A stretch of 50,970 bases of DNA from a virus (Duplodnaviria; Caudoviricetes): the IMG/VR virus record IMGVR_UViG_3300045996_001085, positions 1 to 50,970 of that record; one strand, 5' to 3'. The notes under the pieces are model-generated. The model was not told where the DNA came from. It saw nothing but the letters and a program-made list of their open reading frames with translations, and ran no database searches. Shown here one piece after another: positions 46,514-50,970 of this stretch. The first letter of the stretch is position 1; every line of letters begins with the position of its first letter. Position numbers and translations under genes: made by a program.

Positions 46514-46735
46514 ATGACTACATGGGCATCTCGTATTAAGGCCCTCCGGGCTGCAGGGCTGACGCTTGCTGGAATTGGTGAGCGCATCGGGTTAACCGCG
46601 GCCTCGGTGAGCGACATTGAGAAGGGTCGCACCGTGGAGCCTAAGGGCGGGGCGGCGCTCAAACTTGTTTCTTTGCATGAGTCTGTTTGTTCCAAAGCTT
46701 CTTCTCGACTCACTACGAGCCGCAAGGCCGGATAG
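46514..46735 (+). CDS. cro: Cro-like repressor
   Basis: IKALRAAGLTLAGIGERIGLTAASVSDIEKGRTVEP. Confidence 0.8.
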   Translation: MTTWASRIKALRAAGLTLAGIGERIGLTAASVSDIEKGRTVEPKGGAALKLVSLHESVCSKASSRLTTSRKAG

Positions 46736-46801
46736 TTCCGTTTCGATATTGTCATCTTCTCACCTCTCACTCTGTCCTGTCCCGTAAAGAACCGGAAACA
46801 C

Positions 46802-47185
46802 ATGGTTACCGCAGTTTCCAAGCTCCAGTTGAAAATGGATTTCGAGCCCGGCATCACCGAGCAGTTTCGTACGCTCAAACAATGTGTTGCTGCTTCTGTG
46901 TACGGATATCGCGGCGGCCTCGGGAATGTCGCTGCAGCTTGCGACGTATCTCCGTCCGCCTTGTCACGGATGTTGAACGAGAACGAAGACGACCCGCGCC
47001 ATCTGCCCATCGACTTCCTGACCAAGATCATCGAGACCACTGGTGACATTCGTCCTTTGCAGTGGCTTGCCGCGAAGTTTATCCCCGATGAGGACACGCG
47101 GCGTGACATGGCACTCACTCGGATTGAGCAGATGTTGCCCGGGTTGGCCGCTGATCTGGAGTTGATACGAGGGAAACGCCGATGA
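46802..47185 (+). CDS. CII-like regulator
   Basis: VAAACDVSPSALSRMLNENEDDPRHL HTH; follows cro. Confidence 0.6.
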   Translation: MVTAVSKLQLKMDFEPGITEQFRTLKQCVAASVYGYRGGLGNVAAACDVSPSALSRMLNENEDDPRHLPIDFLTKIIETTGDIRPLQWLAAKFIPDEDTRRDMALTRIEQMLPGLAADLELIRGKRR

Positions 47186-47545
47186 CGCAGCAACAGATGA
47201 ACGGCAGCGTGCGGCCTATGAACAGTTTCCGTCCCGGTGTTCAGCCAGGACAGGGGCCATCTGAACGGGATGGCGCTAGAACTGAATGCGCAGGAGTCCA
47301 CAAGCATGCCTTCCGTCTGCTGCCTGAAAGTTCTGTGAGGCGCGGCCTTAGTCTCTTCGCTGAATACTTGTCGACCGCGGTAAAAAAACCTACTCCCCCT
47401 GTAATAAATGCGCAATGTAGGTCATTCCACAGGGTTAGCCCTCGTGGTTCCTCTAGTTGCTACGTCAACTTTCCCGACTCGGCAAATCTCTCAAATTCGG
47501 CCGTTTTGTCGTTGTTCGATGCGATTCCTTGTGATCCCCCGCTTA

Positions 47546-47573
47546 GCCGCGTCTTCGGGCGCGGCATTTTTTT
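47546..47573 (+). terminator. Rho-independent terminator
   Basis: GCCGCGTC-TTCG-GGCGCGGC then ATTTTTTT. Confidence 0.75.
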
Positions 47574-47584
47574 GAGGTGAATCC

Positions 47585-47797
47585 GTGACTCAGAAAGATC
47601 AGGTACTCGATTACATGCGCACACGCGGCTCGATCACAACGTTCATCGCGTTCGATGAGTTCGATATCTGTCGACTCAGCGAAAGAATTCGGGAGATTGA
47701 GCGCGATGGACACTTGATCCATCGAACGGATGTCAACCGAAACGGGAAATCGTATGTCGCGTATTCGCTCGTCGAAGGCGAGCAGAAGGCCGCGTGA
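47585..47797 (+). CDS. Small winged-HTH protein
   Basis: TQKDQVLDYM..GSIT..A..CRLSERIREI; GAGGTG RBS. Confidence 0.7.
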   Translation: MTQKDQVLDYMRTRGSITTFIAFDEFDICRLSERIREIERDGHLIHRTDVNRNGKSYVAYSLVEGEQKAA

Positions 47798-47982
47798 TCA
47801 ATCCGGAAGCAAAAGACTTCGACACCGAGCTGGAGCGTCAGATCGACTTCCAGCAGGGGCTGCTGGTGACTGCGATTACGCCAGCCGAGCATACCGCGGC
47901 GTGGGAAGAGATGAAGCGACTCATTGCTCAGCGCTCGCCTGAACAGGTTGAACAGATGGAACGCGAAAGGGGGCTGCGTTGA
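47794..47982 (+). CDS. Small hypothetical protein
   Basis: Coupled to neighbours; RSPEQVEQMERERGL. Confidence 0.6.
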   Translation: MINPEAKDFDTELERQIDFQQGLLVTAITPAEHTAAWEEMKRLIAQRSPEQVEQMERERGLR

Positions 47983-48707
47983 GCGGTTACACGCCAGCAT
48001 TCGAGTCCATCTACACCGGCTCGCTGCATGGCCAGTGGCCAACAGCTGCGGTGTGGGCGAGCCTACTGCCCCTGATCGATGCTCGCGGCCGTATCGACAT
48101 GAGCTTCCAGGCGATCGCCACTATGACAGGTTGGCCGATTGATCTGCTGCGCCAGGGTATCGCGAAGCTTGAAGAACCTGATGCGGATAGCAGATCACCA
48201 GCAGAGGAGGGACGCCGACTGGTGAAACTCGATCCAAACCGCTCTTGGGGTTGGCGCGTCGTGAACCACGGGCTCTACAAGGAACGTGCTCGCGAGAAGC
48301 AACGATCAGCGGATGGCAGGAACGCCGAGAAAGTACGTGAGTGGCGTAACCGTCAGAACAAAGATGTAACCCGATGTAACCCGAACGAACCCGATGTAAC
48401 GTCTCGAACCCTCTCAGACTCAGACTCAGACACAAACCACAAAGAAGCGGCTGCGCCGCCTGCTGGTTTGGACATGAAAGCCTGGAAACGCTGGGAGACA
48501 TACCGCAGCAGCATTCGCAAACCGATCAAGCCAGCTTCCATGCTGGCCGCCCAGCGCAAGTTGGCCGGATTCGGCAATCAGCAATCAGCTGTCGTCGAGA
48601 ACTCCATCGCTGAGGGCTACACCGGGCTGTTCCCTGCGAAGACATCTGGTGGGGCACGGATTTCAGATCAACCGGCACGGCGCTCAAGGGAGTTTCCAGT
48701 CGTATGA
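47979..48707 (+). CDS. Replication initiator (O-like)
   Basis: Lies before dnaB; internal iterons; C-terminal WETYRSSIRKP..SIAEGYTGLF. Confidence 0.75.
   Translation: MSGYTPAFESIYTGSLHGQWPTAAVWASLLPLIDARGRIDMSFQAIATMTGWPIDLLRQGIAKLEEPDADSRSPAEEGRRLVKLDPNRSWGWRVVNHGLYKERAREKQRSADGRNAEKVREWRNRQNKDVTRCNPNEPDVTSRTLSDSDSDTNHKEAAAPPAGLDMKAWKRWETYRSSIRKPIKPASMLAAQRKLAGFGNQQSAVVENSIAEGYTGLFPAKTSGGARISDQPARRSREFPVV
48361..48431. repeat. Putative origin iterons
   Basis: Four 10-bp units (CCGATGTAAC consensus) followed by TCAGAC x3. Confidence 0.7.
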
Positions 48708-50005
48708 CCGACACGGCCATCCACTGCGAGCGTGTGGTGCTCGGTGCCATCCTTGCGGACAACTCCCAGCTCCAGCACGTCAAGCTTCAGCGGGGGGATT
48801 TCAGCGTCAGCGCTCACGGGCAAATCTTCGATCTCGCTCGTCGGTTGATAGGCGCGGGAAAGGTCACGGATGCTCTGACAATTGCCGAGGCGCTTGAGCT
48901 GGAAACAGGGCGGAAGGACTGGCTCGGGATCACAGCTCGGATCCAGCAGGATTGTCTTGCTCCGTCGAATGCTCCGACGTATGCGGCCGTTATTCGCAAG
49001 GCGTCGCTCGCGCGCCAAGCGGCGCTGATCGGTCAGCGCTTGGTTGACGGCGGTGATGACGTGATCTCTGGCGCCATTCGCGATCTGATCGAGCTGAGCT
49101 CAACCACGCGTGAGCACGCTTGTCACATCAGCGATGCGATCAACCAAGCGATGGATGAACTTTCGGCCATCGTCGATGGCAAACCCCCTGGCGTGCGGAC
49201 TGGAATGCACGATCTTGACGAAGCGTTGGGAGGAATGCACGACGAGGATCTGATCGTCGTTGGTGCGCGGCCCGCGATGGGCAAGACCGCCTTCATGCTC
49301 AACGTCGCTCTGGCAGCGAACGTCGGCGTGGGTGTGATCTCCGGAGAGCAGGGGAGGGCGCAGATAGGCATGCGTACCTTCGCTATGCAGGGACCGGTTA
49401 GCTTGCATCACATGCGCATCGGCAAGCTGGACGACCTCGAGTGGTCGCGAGTGGCACACGCGATCGGAACTCTGAAGGCGCGTCCGTTTTGGATCAACGA
49501 CAAGCCGGGGCCGACGATTGATGAAGTTGTCGCGCAAGCTCGCGCGTGGAAATTCCACAACAATATCGGCCTGCTCATGATCGATTACCTGCAGAAGATC
49601 CGAGGCGGCCAGGGGCAGGACTTCCGATTGCAGGTCGGTGACATTGCCGTACAACTGAAGAACCTTGCTCGCGAGTTGAAGATTCCGGTTGTCGCATTGG
49701 CGCAAGTCAATCGCTCGGTTGAGGCTCGGCCGCTCGGACAAGACGGACTTGGTCGTATGCCGTATATGAGCGACCTCGCTGAAGCGGGAATCATCGAGCA
49801 GGAAGCAGATCAGGTGATCACCCTGTATCGCCCCGAAGTCTATGACGATAGCGAGTTCTACCGCGGCATCGCATACACAAACATTTGCAAGAACCGTCAT
49901 GGTCCGGTCGGCCACAAGGCCGTTTCATGGCGTGGCGAATTTCTCAAGTTCGGCGACTTGGCGCGGCAAGAGATGCCGTACCAAGACCGGTGGAGTGCCG
50001 CATGA
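48704..50005 (+). CDS. dnaB: DnaB-like replicative helicase
   Basis: GARPAMGKT, IDYLQ, LAQVNR, IEQEAD, KNRHG. Confidence 0.95.
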   Translation: MTDTAIHCERVVLGAILADNSQLQHVKLQRGDFSVSAHGQIFDLARRLIGAGKVTDALTIAEALELETGRKDWLGITARIQQDCLAPSNAPTYAAVIRKASLARQAALIGQRLVDGGDDVISGAIRDLIELSSTTREHACHISDAINQAMDELSAIVDGKPPGVRTGMHDLDEALGGMHDEDLIVVGARPAMGKTAFMLNVALAANVGVGVISGEQGRAQIGMRTFAMQGPVSLHHMRIGKLDDLEWSRVAHAIGTLKARPFWINDKPGPTIDEVVAQARAWKFHNNIGLLMIDYLQKIRGGQGQDFRLQVGDIAVQLKNLARELKIPVVALAQVNRSVEARPLGQDGLGRMPYMSDLAEAGIIEQEADQVITLYRPEVYDDSEFYRGIAYTNICKNRHGPVGHKAVSWRGEFLKFGDLARQEMPYQDRWSAA

Positions 50006-50970
50006 CCTGGACTGCCGATCCCAAGAAGCATGAGGCCGTCAACGAGCACGGCTACAAAATCACCTGGGCTCACAACAAGCACGGCACTTGGTTCAACGCG
50101 TGGACTTCGACCGGCGCTCACATCGATGCTAGTTACGACAAAGACAAGATGATGGCCGCGTGCGATGGCCATCGAGAACTGTTGAAAAAGCAGCGAGCAA
50201 TGCGAGCCGCGAAGAAGGCTGCGAGGGAAGTTGCATGAAACATCCGCTTTTCCATCCTGGCGAAACCTGCTGGGCGCGAGTGCCGACGAGTCAAGGCGAT
50301 CAATGGATGCAATGTGACATCACCGGGCCGCTGGTCCGGCGAATGATCAGGGATCTAGACCTCAAGCCGATCGGCTACGCGCTTGCATACATGGTGCTGC
50401 TTGAAGACGCGACGTTGGAAGTGCCTTTCCCAGAGCGTGATCTATACAAGAAATGGCAGCGCTCTGATTGGAATTCGCTGAAGTGTGACTGGTATGGCGT
50501 AACGACTCAGATCTGGCAGCCGAAGCGGGAGGCGCGATGAAACCCGAACACATCGCCTACGGGGTGCTCGCGATCATCTGGATCGTGGTGCCGGTGATTT
50601 TGTGGCTGCGTGAGGTTCGCCGCGACAAGGTGGGGTTATGAGCGAGCAAGCGCCGACAAAGAAGGTGACTGTTCTGACGATCGTCGGAGATGTTCTCGAC
50701 CACGGGATTGCATTTCTCGTCACTGCGTTCGCCGCGGGATCGACAGACGCCGAGCCGATGGAAGTGTTGACCTTCTATGGCGTCGTATTGCTTGTCGTGA
50801 GGTCATTCAAAAATGGATGACTCAGTCCCGTCGAAGGATCAGTTCACCGACCAAGCGCTATTGGCCCACGCTAACGCCTATGACCAGGGGCCAGGCGGAA
50901 CGTTTGAATTCGACACGCCGACTCTGCTGGCCATGTTGAGAGGTCTCGCGGCGACGGTCGAGGGGATGAT
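50002..50970 (+). other. Nin-like small ORFs (50002-50238, 50235-50540, 50537-50641, 50638-50820, partial 50813-end)
   Basis: Overlapping start/stop codons; two encode TM peptides. Confidence 0.55.

Larger units (their letters stand above)
1..50970. mobile_element. Temperate podovirus-type phage genome (partial, unintegrated form)
   Basis: Terminase, portal, capsid, T7-like tail/ejection, lysis, integrase+attP, cI/cro and replication modules; no host housekeeping genes. Confidence 0.95.

Noticed and set aside
46030-47415. 461-aa minus-strand ORF
   Set aside because: Only the last 135 aa are CI; the rest is antisense to cro/cII and crosses the operators
47182-47580. 132-aa ORF after cII
   Set aside because: No recognisable motif and it runs through a terminator; left uncalled
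48361-48431. CRISPR-like or novel repeat array
   Set aside because: Short spacerless repeats inside the initiator gene are best explained as origin iterons; no repeat-spacer array seen elsewhere

Overview
The whole window is most of the genome of one temperate tailed phage. It is GC-rich and the host is probably a Proteobacterium. The attP site is intact and flanked by phage genes, so this is the free or excised form. From left to right it contains: (1) a cluster of Ig/FN3/CBM-like putative virion-surface proteins with a sulfotransferase; (2) TerS, a Maf/GT29-like glycosyltransferase and TerL; (3) a T7/BPP-1-like podovirus morphogenesis module (portal, scaffold, capsid, tail tube A/B, ejection proteins, beta-helix tailspike); (4) lysis genes; (5) a small accessory region; (6) attP, the 3' half of tRNA-Val(GAC), lying inside the 3' end of a tyrosine integrase, followed by xis; (7) a long leftward early operon (MT-A70 methylase, RNase H, Sak4/SSB/Gp157 recombination genes, HNH, DHH phosphoesterase, many small ORFs); (8) a lambdoid cI/cro/cII switch; (9) an O-like initiator with iterons and a DnaB helicase. 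The most interesting signals are a candidate virion glycosylation/sulfation system with Ser/Thr-rich acceptors, a structured capsid-gene leader with three copies of one internal-loop motif, two FtsZ C-terminal-peptide mimics, a parS-like site, and integration-dependent remodelling of the integrase C-terminus. All product calls come from motif recognition by eye; no database searches were run.
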